Part shown: positions 14,901 to 24,400 of the stretch, piece by piece
Layout of the letters: each line of letters begins with the position of its first letter
Numbering within the stretch: position 1 is the first letter of the stretch
NCBI RefSeq assembly: GCF_040938485.1
Contig: NW_027271004.1
Location: forward strand, 1,674,001 to 1,738,000
Length of the DNA stretch: 64,000 nt
Direction: 5' to 3'
DNA from: Diadema antillarum
Taxonomy: Eukaryota
Made by a program: the position numbers and the translations under genes
The notes under the pieces: generated by a model
The model's input: only the letters and a program-made list of their open reading frames with translations
Told to the model about the DNA's origin: nothing
Database searches by the model: none

Positions 14901-16286
14901 ACTTGACCGACGAACGAAAGCTTTACCCTCTTTTAGGGACAAAATGAAAGCCGCTCCCGCAGGAGAGCGCCCAAGCAGAACAATGCGAGTGGAAACGCAT
15001 AGACAACACACGCAGATTCAGTAGCATACATACGCGTGATTTATCAATGAGACATTTGATCTATACACATCTCGCAGAGGGTGCGCTCTCTGCGGATTTT
15101 CCCGACGCGAAAAGAAATAGATCTAGCTGAAAAATCACGCATTTACTCAAAAAATTTCAATGTAAGCATACTCATATCTTTAGTGAAAACGATGGATATG
15201 CTAATCAGCTACCAGTACAGGTAAATGGCAGTTTCTTGTTGTAACGCGTTTTGGTACCACAAGAACTTAAATGACCAATGTTTTTTTTGCGCTCTTCTTG
15301 GTCGCCGATCGGCGACCATGGCACGTCAGGACTAAGGTCGCCGTTCGGCGACCATGGCACGTTAAGAGTTAACAGTCAGACTGTTCAAGTGTAATAAAGA
15401 GCACGAAGTTGTGCACTAGACACTCTAACGTTATAGCTATAGTTCATAGTTCAGCCTCAGTCGGTAGAGCACCCAGATAGTATCCTTGCATCTGGAATAG
15501 AATAGAACCTTGAGGTGAACTATTTATATATGTCTACTTTCCTTGTGGCAAAGTTGTGCAAATCACACATTACAATGTTATTTGTTTAATAGTCTCTCTG
15601 CTCTGGAAACTACTGACAAAGATCATTGAAGAGGAAGATGTGATCATTTATCAAGAAAACAAAACATTATTTTACACACTGACTCGACTCTCTCTGTGTA
15701 GATCTATTTAAATTGACACATCATTTGCAGAGAGTTAGCTTATTCAAATTTACAAGAGACAGGAGCTGGAGGCCAACATTTCAATGCAGGCAGAATATTC
15801 AATTCAGTTGATATTTGTTCAAAAGGGCATCGCGGCGGAGCCCGCGCGCGGGTACGTACGGGTTTGGGTCGCCTGCCTGTGCAACGTGAGCTGTGAGTGA
15901 GAGAACGCTCCTTGCCCTTCTTGGTGTAGACGGGGTAGCTACGTCTAGAGCTGCGGAACGGCCACGGGGTGCGCAGGGCAGGGCGACGACAACAGGACAC
16001 CGCACCGACTCGACCGGCGGCCTCCAGCTCTGCGCACCGTGTACGTATCTGTTGCACTATAATTGCAGGGAATCAACTTCACTTGTGGCAGAACTCTAAC
16101 GCAATTTCTGATTCAGACAATTTACTTCTTACAAAGAATCGTGAATTTGATTTAAACATCAAGTGACAGGCATCAGGTTGTGGCATGTGGAAATGATAGA
16201 ATTACCTTCACTTGGAAAGACGTGGTATTTGACAATCCCCGAACAACCAGTTCCCAGGCACTGTTGATCTCTGCACGTTCATCCAT
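2671..16286 (-). CDS. ANAPC2: Anaphase-promoting complex subunit 2 (cullin-like), 12 coding exons, 3'-partial
   Basis: Exons 16286-16206, 12894-12299, 11650-11518, 11055-10900, 10352-10211, 9452-9335, 8726-8554, 7150-6945, 5846-5640, 4372-4256, 3505-3367, 2912-2671. All introns GT-AG with compatible phases; 2310 nt, 770 codons, no stop. Recognisable APC2 motifs: FENRLLHPGVNTTDILTQYISSIRALRVLDPSG, WQPDPIDADP, DIISTLVNIYGSRELFVNEYRSLLADR, LRNLELLKLRFGE, ILSAQFWP, RTLNWKTNLGQV, IAYWQSQGLLRE. The final winged-helix exon was not found in 1-2670. Confidence 0.96.
3367..3505 (-). CDS. ANAPC2: ANAPC2 coding exon 11
   Basis: VLKGMRTLNWKTNLGQVSLDIEL...HFQDK, 139 nt. Confidence 0.94.
3684..4023. mobile_element. 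MITE with ~45-bp imperfect TIRs (Harbinger-like)
   Basis: ccgccacacactatacga...gaccttaagacc mirrored by ggtcataaggtt...tatagtgtgcggcga. Confidence 0.55.
4256..4372 (-). CDS. ANAPC2: ANAPC2 coding exon 10
   Basis: MDFNCMILSAQFWPNLKEE...TKSYE, 117 nt. Confidence 0.93.
4861..5165. other. Assembly gap (305 N)
   Basis: Run of N in ANAPC2 intron 9. Confidence 1.
5640..5846 (-). CDS. ANAPC2: ANAPC2 coding exon 9
   Basis: VMLKDVADSRR...NPDRGDE|gtgtgt, 207 nt. Confidence 0.9.
6945..7150 (-). CDS. ANAPC2: ANAPC2 coding exon 8
   Basis: QTSKSRRTSDIISTLVNIYGS...QLHQCE, 206 nt. Confidence 0.95.
7890..8455. mobile_element. Non-autonomous TTAA-target DNA element (Kolobok-like)
   Basis: TTAA|AGGGAAGCAGTCCT ... 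AGGACTGTGTCCCT|TTAA; RR..YY termini with a TTAA TSD. Confidence 0.75.
8554..8726 (-). CDS. ANAPC2: ANAPC2 coding exon 7
   Basis: TREDTVRCIVSSLT...WQPDPIDADP|gtgagt, 173 nt. Confidence 0.95.
9335..9452 (-). CDS. ANAPC2: ANAPC2 coding exon 6
   Basis: VNTTDILTQYISSIRALRVLDPSGIVLELVCEPIRKYLR, 118 nt. Confidence 0.95.
10211..10352 (-). CDS. ANAPC2: ANAPC2 coding exon 5
   Basis: ELFNIIVEFPES...NRLLHPG, 142 nt. Confidence 0.94.
10900..11055 (-). CDS. ANAPC2: ANAPC2 coding exon 4
   Basis: WLDKKVMGWL...LAELRIQ, 156 nt. Confidence 0.93.
11518..11650 (-). CDS. ANAPC2: ANAPC2 coding exon 3
   Basis: YSLGLLERVCGEAVTSIIHQ...APLEK, 133 nt. Confidence 0.93.
12299..12894 (-). CDS. ANAPC2: ANAPC2 coding exon 2
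   Basis: ttatag|EEQQGHD...MELLVTEWFMES...INSQL|gtaagt, 596 nt. Confidence 0.93.
12963..13873. mobile_element. Tc1/mariner (pogo/Tigger-like) MITE
   Basis: TA|CAGTGGAAACTCGATATAAC ... GTTATACCGAGTTTCCCCTG|TA; repeated subterminal CTCGTTATA motifs. Confidence 0.8.
14121..15368. mobile_element. piggyBac-like non-autonomous element
   Basis: TTAA|CTCTTAATGTGCCA ... TGGCACGTTAAGAG|TTAA; duplicated subterminal motifs at both ends; no transposase recognised. Confidence 0.75.
15826..16046. promoter_or_regulatory. CpG-rich segment in ANAPC2 intron 1
   Basis: Dense CpG (e.g. gcggcggagcccgcgcgcgggtacgtacgg) in otherwise CpG-poor DNA; a regulatory role is inference. Confidence 0.5.
16206..16286 (-). 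CDS. ANAPC2: ANAPC2 coding exon 1
   Basis: MDERAEINSAWELVVRGLSNTTSFQVK, then AAG|gtaatt; phase 0 joins exon 2; AW..V..GL matches the APC2 N-terminus. Confidence 0.85.
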
Positions 16287-16523
16287 TTTGCATTTTGCGG
16301 GACTGAATGTCCAATTGCCAATTTGGCTTAAAGGACACGTCCATGTTTACAATTTTTACCGTTTTTTCAAATACATTTTTATTAAATTTAAATTGAACAG
16401 TCTAAAATGTTATAAATACCATAAGTTTTTATTATCAAAATGAATGATTACTCCATAAAAGAATTTTTTATGATGCAGCTCTACACTATAGATTAGCAAC
16501 ATCTCAGCGTTTATTCAGGCAAT
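16287..16523. promoter_or_regulatory. Head-to-head inter-ATG region of ANAPC2 and ATP13A1 (probable bidirectional promoter zone)
   Basis: 237 bp between divergent start codons; AT-rich, flanked by CpG-rich first-intron segments. Confidence 0.7.
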
Positions 16524-16778
16524 ATGGCACCGTCCATGGAAGAAGGGATTGAGAGTGTTACTCCTTACAATCTGCGTCCACTTGTTCTCCATGGATACAT
16601 ATTCCCATTTATTTTCGTTTACATTGCTTGGTTATATCTACTAGTCATCGTCTATGGAGTCAGTGATTATCTAGAGGCAGGCTTGATCGTTCTAGCAGGC
16701 ATCGGCTGTGTCCAGATTTTGGTCTGCTTGTTCTGCCATTGGTCAATACACGTGAGATGTTCACTCACGTGCAGAAAG
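16524..16778 (+). CDS. ATP13A1: ATP13A1 exon 1
   Basis: [15 protein letters not shown]...CSLTCRK|gtaagt. Confidence 0.93.
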
Positions 16779-19700
16779 GTAAGTGGACGTGTTACACAGT
16801 GGACCGACCGGTGGTCGGTGGTTGGTACCGGTGGTGGCGTTAAACTTACGCTACGCTACGTTGCGTTGGATGCCGGATGACGATGACCTTGATTGAGTCC
16901 TTGACGTGGCGACGGCCGCTTGTAAATGTAGACAAAGTAGAGGCGCTTGTGTACTTTCGCACCTGTTTGTCGAATGATCTCCGAACTGCACAAACTCACC
17001 CTTATTAATATTAGATACTTGCAATATTAGTTGCATTGCATTGTTTGTAAGTTGCATCTGATATCAGCGAGGTAGCGATTATCCATCAGACTGGGTCTCC
17101 AAAGTCGAATTTCTCTAGAGTAAAATATCCCGTTTGCGGCAGTTTATGTGACTTTAAGCATTGTTAAGGGTTTTTCCAACTTGTAAACAAATCAGGCAAA
17201 TTATTTTCAACCATTTCATATATTATAGACAAGATTATTCATTAACGCAATTGTTTTCATAAAAGAAATTTACCATTGACCAATGCAGTTTTCATGATTT
17301 ACCAGGGCAAAACCCGGCACAATTTTCGCTGATAAGGGCGATATGCGACGTGGTATTTCTGCTTGCGGCACGATGTACAATCCCTATGCAATACGCGCGT
17401 GCTCCGCGATCTTTCGCTGAACGCCTTCACATGTCTCGCGAACACGTGAAAATAGCGGGCACACATGCATTGGCCGCAAACAAGATCGCAATTCTGGCGG
17501 TGTTGTTGATGTCTTTCTCGTGTTTTTCTCATTTTTTTTCGATGGTAACATCCACTTTCCGAAAAAAATGGCGGCCCACATCGGCTCGCGAAAGTTCTAT
17601 TTTACGTGAGGATATGTTTTCAAAATCCATTTAGAACATCGAGAAAACGACAAAAAATCCAGTTTCTTGGACCATTATTTCTTAACTGTTATGTTAAGAA
17701 GTACCGAAAATTTCATTTTGGATGCGATATGTTGTCATTTAGGTGAGAAAATTTCACTTTCGTCAGAGATCGTGCTCATTTTATCGGTTGGTTTTTGTTG
17801 ATTGCTAGTGTGTTAGTATATGTGTAGTGTGCATGTAACAGTGCAGTGCTGTGTTTAGCGGTATATTATGGTGTATGTTGTACCTGCCGCGAACGGCTGC
17901 ACGGCCGCTTACTGACGCAGTTACTCTAGACTCTACAATTAGAGTAAAATATCCCGTTTGCGGCAGTTTAAGCATTGTTAAGGGTTTTTCCAACTTGTAA
18001 ACAAATCAGGCAAATTATTTTCAACCATTTCATATATCATAGACAAGATTATTCATTAACAAAATTGTTTTCATGAAAGAAATTTATCATTGACCAACGC
18101 AGTTTTCATGATTTACCAGGGCAAAACCCGGCACAATTTTCGCCGATAAGGGCGATATGCGACGTAGTATTTCTGCTTGCGGCACGATGTACAATCCCTA
18201 TGCAATACGCGCGTGCTCCGCGATCATTAGCTGAACGCCTTCACATGTCTCGCGAACATTGCGTAAGCGCCAATTGCCATTGCGAAAGCACGTGAAAATA
18301 GCGGGCGCACATGCATTGGCCGCAAACAAGATCGCAATTCTGGCGGTGTTGTTGATGTCTTTCTCGTGTTTTTCTGAATTTTTTCGATGGTAACATCCAC
18401 TTTCCGAACAAAAATGGCGGCCCACATCGGCTCGCGAAAGTTCTATTTTATGTGAGAATATGTTTTCAAAATCCATGAGCATCGGGAAAACGACAAAAAA
18501 TCAAGTTTTTTAGACCATTATTTCTTAATTGTTATGTTAAGAAGTACCGAAAATTTTATTTTGGATGCGATATGTTGTCATTTAGGTGAGAAAATTTCAC
18601 TTTCGTCAGAGATCGTACCCATTTTATCGGTTGGTTTTTGTTGATTGTTAGTGTGTTAGTACATGTGTAGTGTGCATGTAACAGTGCAATGCTGTGTTTA
18701 GCTGTATATTACCGTGTATGTTGTACCTGCCGCGAACGGCTGCACGGCCGCTTACTGACGCAGTTACTTTTAGTTTTAGTACTTTTAGTATTTACAAGTG
18801 TCAGAAAATTGTAGAAAATCTTGATGGCTTGTAATGCTACTCTGAACACTGGTACACAAGCCTGCACAGTACAAATACGTTCAGCGCATGCTTTATAGTT
18901 TAAGTTAAGGGTCGATTATTTATTCGAAATGTAGCGACACAGCGGCTTTTTCTATGGTGTCTTCGAACATTGTTAAAAAGCTAGAATTTTATTTTCTCTT
19001 TTCCTAAGCCAAGTCTTGCGTTAGTGGTTGTAGCTTCAAGGCGGTTGAGCGCGCGCGCGTGTGCACGAATGTGCTGCGACTTGTATCCTTCTTTTCTATC
19101 TTTTATTCTTTCATTTTTACAATAGGTAGAATCGATGCCCTTTCCTTCCTATCAATTATTTCTTCACAATGATAGTTTTCCTCTTGTCTAACTTTTTCAA
19201 TTTCCTTTTTCACTGTATTTTCTTCCTAATTGTTCTTTGTTTCCTTCATGTTTTTTCCCCTCCAATTACAAGGGTTTTCCTTTCTATTCTCTCCAATATC
19301 TTTTTCTTATGTGTCGTTCTAATGAATCTTTTTTTTTTTGTTCATTTCCTTTTCAACCTGTACAGTATAATTCTTTTTCTTTCCTTCCTAGTCATTTTTG
19401 CTTTCATCCATTTTTTGATTTATTCATCTCTCATTCTGTTAATCTAGTGCTTTTCTGTTTTCAGTCTAGATTTTTCTCTTTTCGTTTCAAACATCCATCT
19501 CTCCTCTTATGCATCAAATAATCTAACTTAAAAGCACAGAGTCAGTCCTTGTTTTGTGTTGTCTTTTGCCTGTTTGGCATTGCATTCGTTGTGATGTCAC
19601 AATCACTTTGCAGTCTATCAATCGTTTTCAGTTGTATCCATTCTTAATTGTTATTTGTTGTTGTTGATGTTGTTCAAAATATCATGTAATGTATTGTGAA

Positions 19701-21406
19701 ATTGTTTTTAGTCACTGACTTTTTGTGACTTCATTCCATTTTTTGTGTTGTGTCATTCATTGGCAGGAATCCAACCCATTTGATGCTGACTGGGTGAAGG
19801 TGGTCCCAACCGCAAACAATGGCTATCCCGAGCTGGTTCAGCTTCACACAGATCGGGTAAGGCAAATCACACAACTTAACCCGTTGAGGATGAATCCCGA
19901 GTATACTCAGCAGGTGTCTATGGAAAATGCGTGTTGTAGCAAAATCGGTCCGTCCTCAATGGGTTTGTAAGAGGTGATGCATTGTGACCATGAGGGCTGA
20001 AGTCTATGCAGTAGACTCTACTTACATTTGAAGTAGAGTGTCGAGTATTAAATGCAATTGCAGGCCTCGAATTTCATCAAATTTGGGTCAAAGCCACTTT
20101 TTTTTTTTTTGAGGTGACACGAATCCACTTAAAGGGGCACAAGTGAGTAACAAAATATTGTGGCCTTAAACTGTTTGATTTTAAAAGGGGCATTCTGGTC
20201 AGTGGGTGGGGCATGGCAGCAAATTGCTGATAGCTATTGGGTATTTTGAGCACTGCATTTGATGTATATTACTGTATTTTGAATTAGACTTGCAGACAAG
20301 ACAGGGTATCATTGCACAACAAGAAGTCACATACAACTTGCACAAGGGTAAAAAGGTTGGCTACAGTTGTTTCATTGAAAATCTTTGCTTTTAGACTCAA
20401 TGTCATGGCACAAATGGTTATGGCACTAGCTAGGCAAGTCTGATGAGCCTATCGAGCGAAAATCCTATAGTACTTAACACTGTTTAAGAGGCAACTTTTT
20501 TTTTGTCCTCAGTTCTGATACGGTAATTCAAAGAGATTTAATCCATTTTGATCAAATGTTAAGGTATCAACAATCAGATTCAATATCTCTAATGCTTCAT
20601 GCTTGTTACATCTACTGCACTTCCCCGCAAAACGCATCATTTGCACACCCAACTTGTACATGTACATGGTACCAGTATTCTAATGATGATGAGATGAAAA
20701 CTTTTCCTTACAGTCAAAATCAGTGATGTTGAATACTGAATGTGTGATACATAAAAGTGTTGGCAGAAAGAAATACCTTCAAGAGTGTGTAATTGCCTGT
20801 TAGTTTGTTGTTGGTTTTTGTTTTTTTTTAAAGGAATTTGAAATATAGAAGTTGTACATTTCAGAATTCATTGTGTACTCCCACATTATTTTCTTCCAAC
20901 ATTACTCTTGTAATCTCCACACAGCACCCCGCCACAGGCAAGAGAGACCTGTGGTTCATGTTCCAGAAGACTAAGTATGTGTACGATGCCGAGGAGAAGA
21001 AGCGCTTCACAGCTCTGGAGTTCCCCATCAACCTCCCCTTCAAGATGTACCAGTCCTGGAAGGGTTATCAGGAGGACTCGGAGGTGGCCTCTGCCAAGAA
21101 ATCTTTTGGCGACAATCAGTGAGTTAAAAAGCAGCCAGCCAACTCGGAAGTGACTTACCTTACTCTTACAAATTGCATTCGGATTTTCCCAATAACTGAA
21201 CTAATATTTAAGCCTATCATTGTGGTAGATCTACCCTCTCCGTAGCACCACCCCAACTTATCATTGCTATCATTTGCAAACGGGTTCCCAGTGGTAGTGA
21301 AAAGGTTAAGGAAACTAAAGAGTGCTTTTTTCAAAGTTATGCTTGATCCTGTGTTATGAGTCAGGAAAATGATTCTTGGGTTTTGGTTGTTGTTGGTTTT
21401 GTTTTC

Positions 21407-21452
<46 letters not shown>

Positions 21453-24400
21453 CAGTTAGCAGATGCTATTGTAGATGTCTAGTAATGCATTATACGATGA
21501 TCACGTCGTCTGACCATGCAAAAACCAGCTATCAAGCAACACGTTTTGCAAAGAATGTGTAATACATTGTATGTCCACTGTCTATGAATATGCTGATAGA
21601 TGGATGTATGTATAGATAGATTGGTAAAGATACAATTTTACTATAGACAGATAGGTAGATAGACAGATACAGCTGTAGATAGAATATGTGAAGATAGATG
21701 GATGAGTATGACACAAAGCTGTCAAGCACCAGAACTTTGTTGATGATATCCAGCTTGCTAAATGTCTGTAATCAGTTTCAGGAAATCATCTATCACTCAT
21801 TGATCATTTGATTATGTGACTTGGACAAATCTCTGCTTATTTACTTGATTGCAGTTGTAAGCAAAGTACAAGTAGCAGCCAAGCTTTCTTTGGGCAAAAT
21901 TTATTGTTTCTCCATGTTGAAACTGACGCCAATCAGTTAAAAAAAGGAATCATGAACAGTTGCTCACCACTCACTGCTCAACGTCTGCTTTACGTTCATT
22001 GTTCTGCGATCCACAGGTTGACCATGGAGCCACCAGAGTTCAAGGAACTATTCAAGGAGAGAGCCACCGCCCCCTTCTTTGTGTTCCAGGTCTTCTGTGT
22101 GGCCCTGTGGTGTCTAGATGAGTACTGGTATTACAGGTATGTGACACAGCGATAGCTCATACAACTGGTAGTACTGTGTTAGTAACCAATGATCATTTAC
22201 TCTCTGTATGTAAATTAAATTTATGGTTAAAGATTCTAATTCCTCACCCGAATTTTGATTGAAAGTACAATTTCTGAGTGACTTTTTTTTTTTAAACCTT
22301 CTTCAAACATTCATCATTCAGATATCCAATATCAGGAATAAAGGAAAAGTAAAGATATACAACATTTTTCACTTAAGTAGTGACTATCTACCCAAGATAC
22401 GAAATTTGTGGTGCTGCAGTTTATGCCGGGTATTGATTGCCCACATAGTTCTTTTGAAGAATCTAGCTTTAGTTAGTCAAGTATAAGTCGGAGGGGGAAG
22501 AAAACATGAAATAAAATTAAATGAAATGAATGAAAATTGGGCGAATACTGCTTAAGTTCATCATTAAAAAGGAAACAGAAGGTACTGTTCACTTTTTGTT
22601 GTTCTAACTTTGTACTACAGTGTCTTTACGCTCTTCATGCTGGTCACGTTTGAGGCTACCTTGGTTCACCAGCAGCTGAGGAACTTGACTGAAATCAGGA
22701 AAATGGGCAACAAACCTTTCATGGTTCAGGTAAAGCAGTTTGCAGTGATATGTGTGGTCCAAAAATGTTCTTACTTTCCATTCCTTGGTCCAGTTTTCCA
22801 GCTGTCCTAGAACATATAATTGTTATTGTGTGTGTGTGTGGGGGGGGGGGGTGGGGAGTATCAATTGTTTTGTTTGGATTTTCCAGTTTGATTTTTAAAC
22901 TACAACTTGTACTTCTAAAGTAGACAGTGTCCAATCAAAAGGACTGCCCTCAAGTTTGACAAAAGATAGATCACAGTTAGACCCTCCAACTTTATGTCTA
23001 CCTCAAACAATGAGAAGACTTCTAGGCTTTGAAGCTTAATTACTTGTCTTGGCTGCTACACAACAAAGGCCTCAAATCCTCGGTTAATGGATGATGCATT
23101 TTTTCCCGTTACCTTGGTGTAGGTCTTCCGGAACCGCAAGTGGCGTCCCATCCTCAGCAGCGAGCTTGTGCCCGGAGACATCTGCTCAATCACCCGTTCC
23201 CATAACGACAACCCCGTCCCCTGCGACATGCTGCTCCTGCGGGGACCGTGCATTGTGGATGAGTCAATGCTCACGGGAGAGTCTGTGCCTCAGATGAAAG
23301 TAAGAGCCTGTGGGAAAAATTCTTGTCTCTTGAAGCCATCAATCAGCCTGCAATCATGAATTTTTCTGTTCTTTTGACAGGCAGAAAGATATATTCCATC
23401 AAAATCTATATAATGGGAATTGAACTACATTTTTTTTTTCTAGTGAAATCATTTTAATAGTAAGGAATTGCAGCCTGAAAAATCGTTACTGAAATTCACT
23501 GCATTTCACCAAATATCATTGATCATACTTTGCATGTGGTAGGAGACAAGAGGGGATTTTTTTTTCTCTCATTTTGTAGCAAATACAACTTCAATCTTCT
23601 CCATAAATTATTATATAAAACAGGCCTATGATGTTTTGGAGATGCTCATTTCAGTTTTGCACATTTCAGAATCTAAACAGCAGCAAGGATTATTCAGCGT
23701 CAGCTGTTCTCATGCTCACAGTGATTTATTTCATAACTGGCAGTTAATTTCTTTGTCCTCCCTAACCCATCTTAATGAAGTTACCTATCCCTTGATCTCG
23801 GCATAGGGAAATATTTAGAGGTAGAAGCGTTGAAAGAGCGCAAACCTCCACAAAAGCCATAGGATCGCAAATGCCATAGAAATGTGCACCCATCCTTTAA
23901 AAAAGAAATCATCTGTTCCAATTTTAACCATGAATTTGTCTTGGAAATCTTATAAAAATTCATCCATAATTTTTCGCTTAGGACCGCTAACAGACAAATG
24001 AACAAATGCCAGCCAATATACTATATGTCAGAGTTGATGAGGATGGCTGATTTCTTCTATTTCTCTTGAGCATCTTGATGGATATAACTTATTTTAGTTG
24101 GAAAGCTATGCAATTAAAAATTACTTAATTCAGTTTCTGATGTGTGCCCTGATTTGTGTATTGTTTGAAAATTGCATTCATATGGTTCTTAGTGCTTTGT
24201 CACCATTCAAACCTCTTTGTTAACAGAATTCCATTTTCTATGTATACATATAGTCCCAGACCTGCCAATCTCCATGTTAATATTGAAGGCAAAATACTGT
24301 AAAACGAGGAATGTTCACATGCATTTTAATTTTGCGAATTTCGCAAGCGCCAAAATTCGCGAAATTAAAATGCATGCGAAAGTTCTTGCCTACACTATAT

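Noticed and set aside
15740-16057. 105-aa ORF as ANAPC2 exon 1
   Set aside because: No APC2 similarity; 16286-16206 fits in both sequence and phase
17299-18482. ORFs repeated in both tandem copies as a transposase
   Set aside because: Short, disrupted between copies, no catalytic motifs
19169-19521. Phe-rich membrane-like ORFs
   Set aside because: T-rich low-complexity intron sequence
20673-20739. C/D-box snoRNA candidate (ATGATGA...CTGA with an 8-bp stem)
   Set aside because: The CTGA lies inside the stem rather than internal to it; no convincing C'/D' boxes or guide sequence
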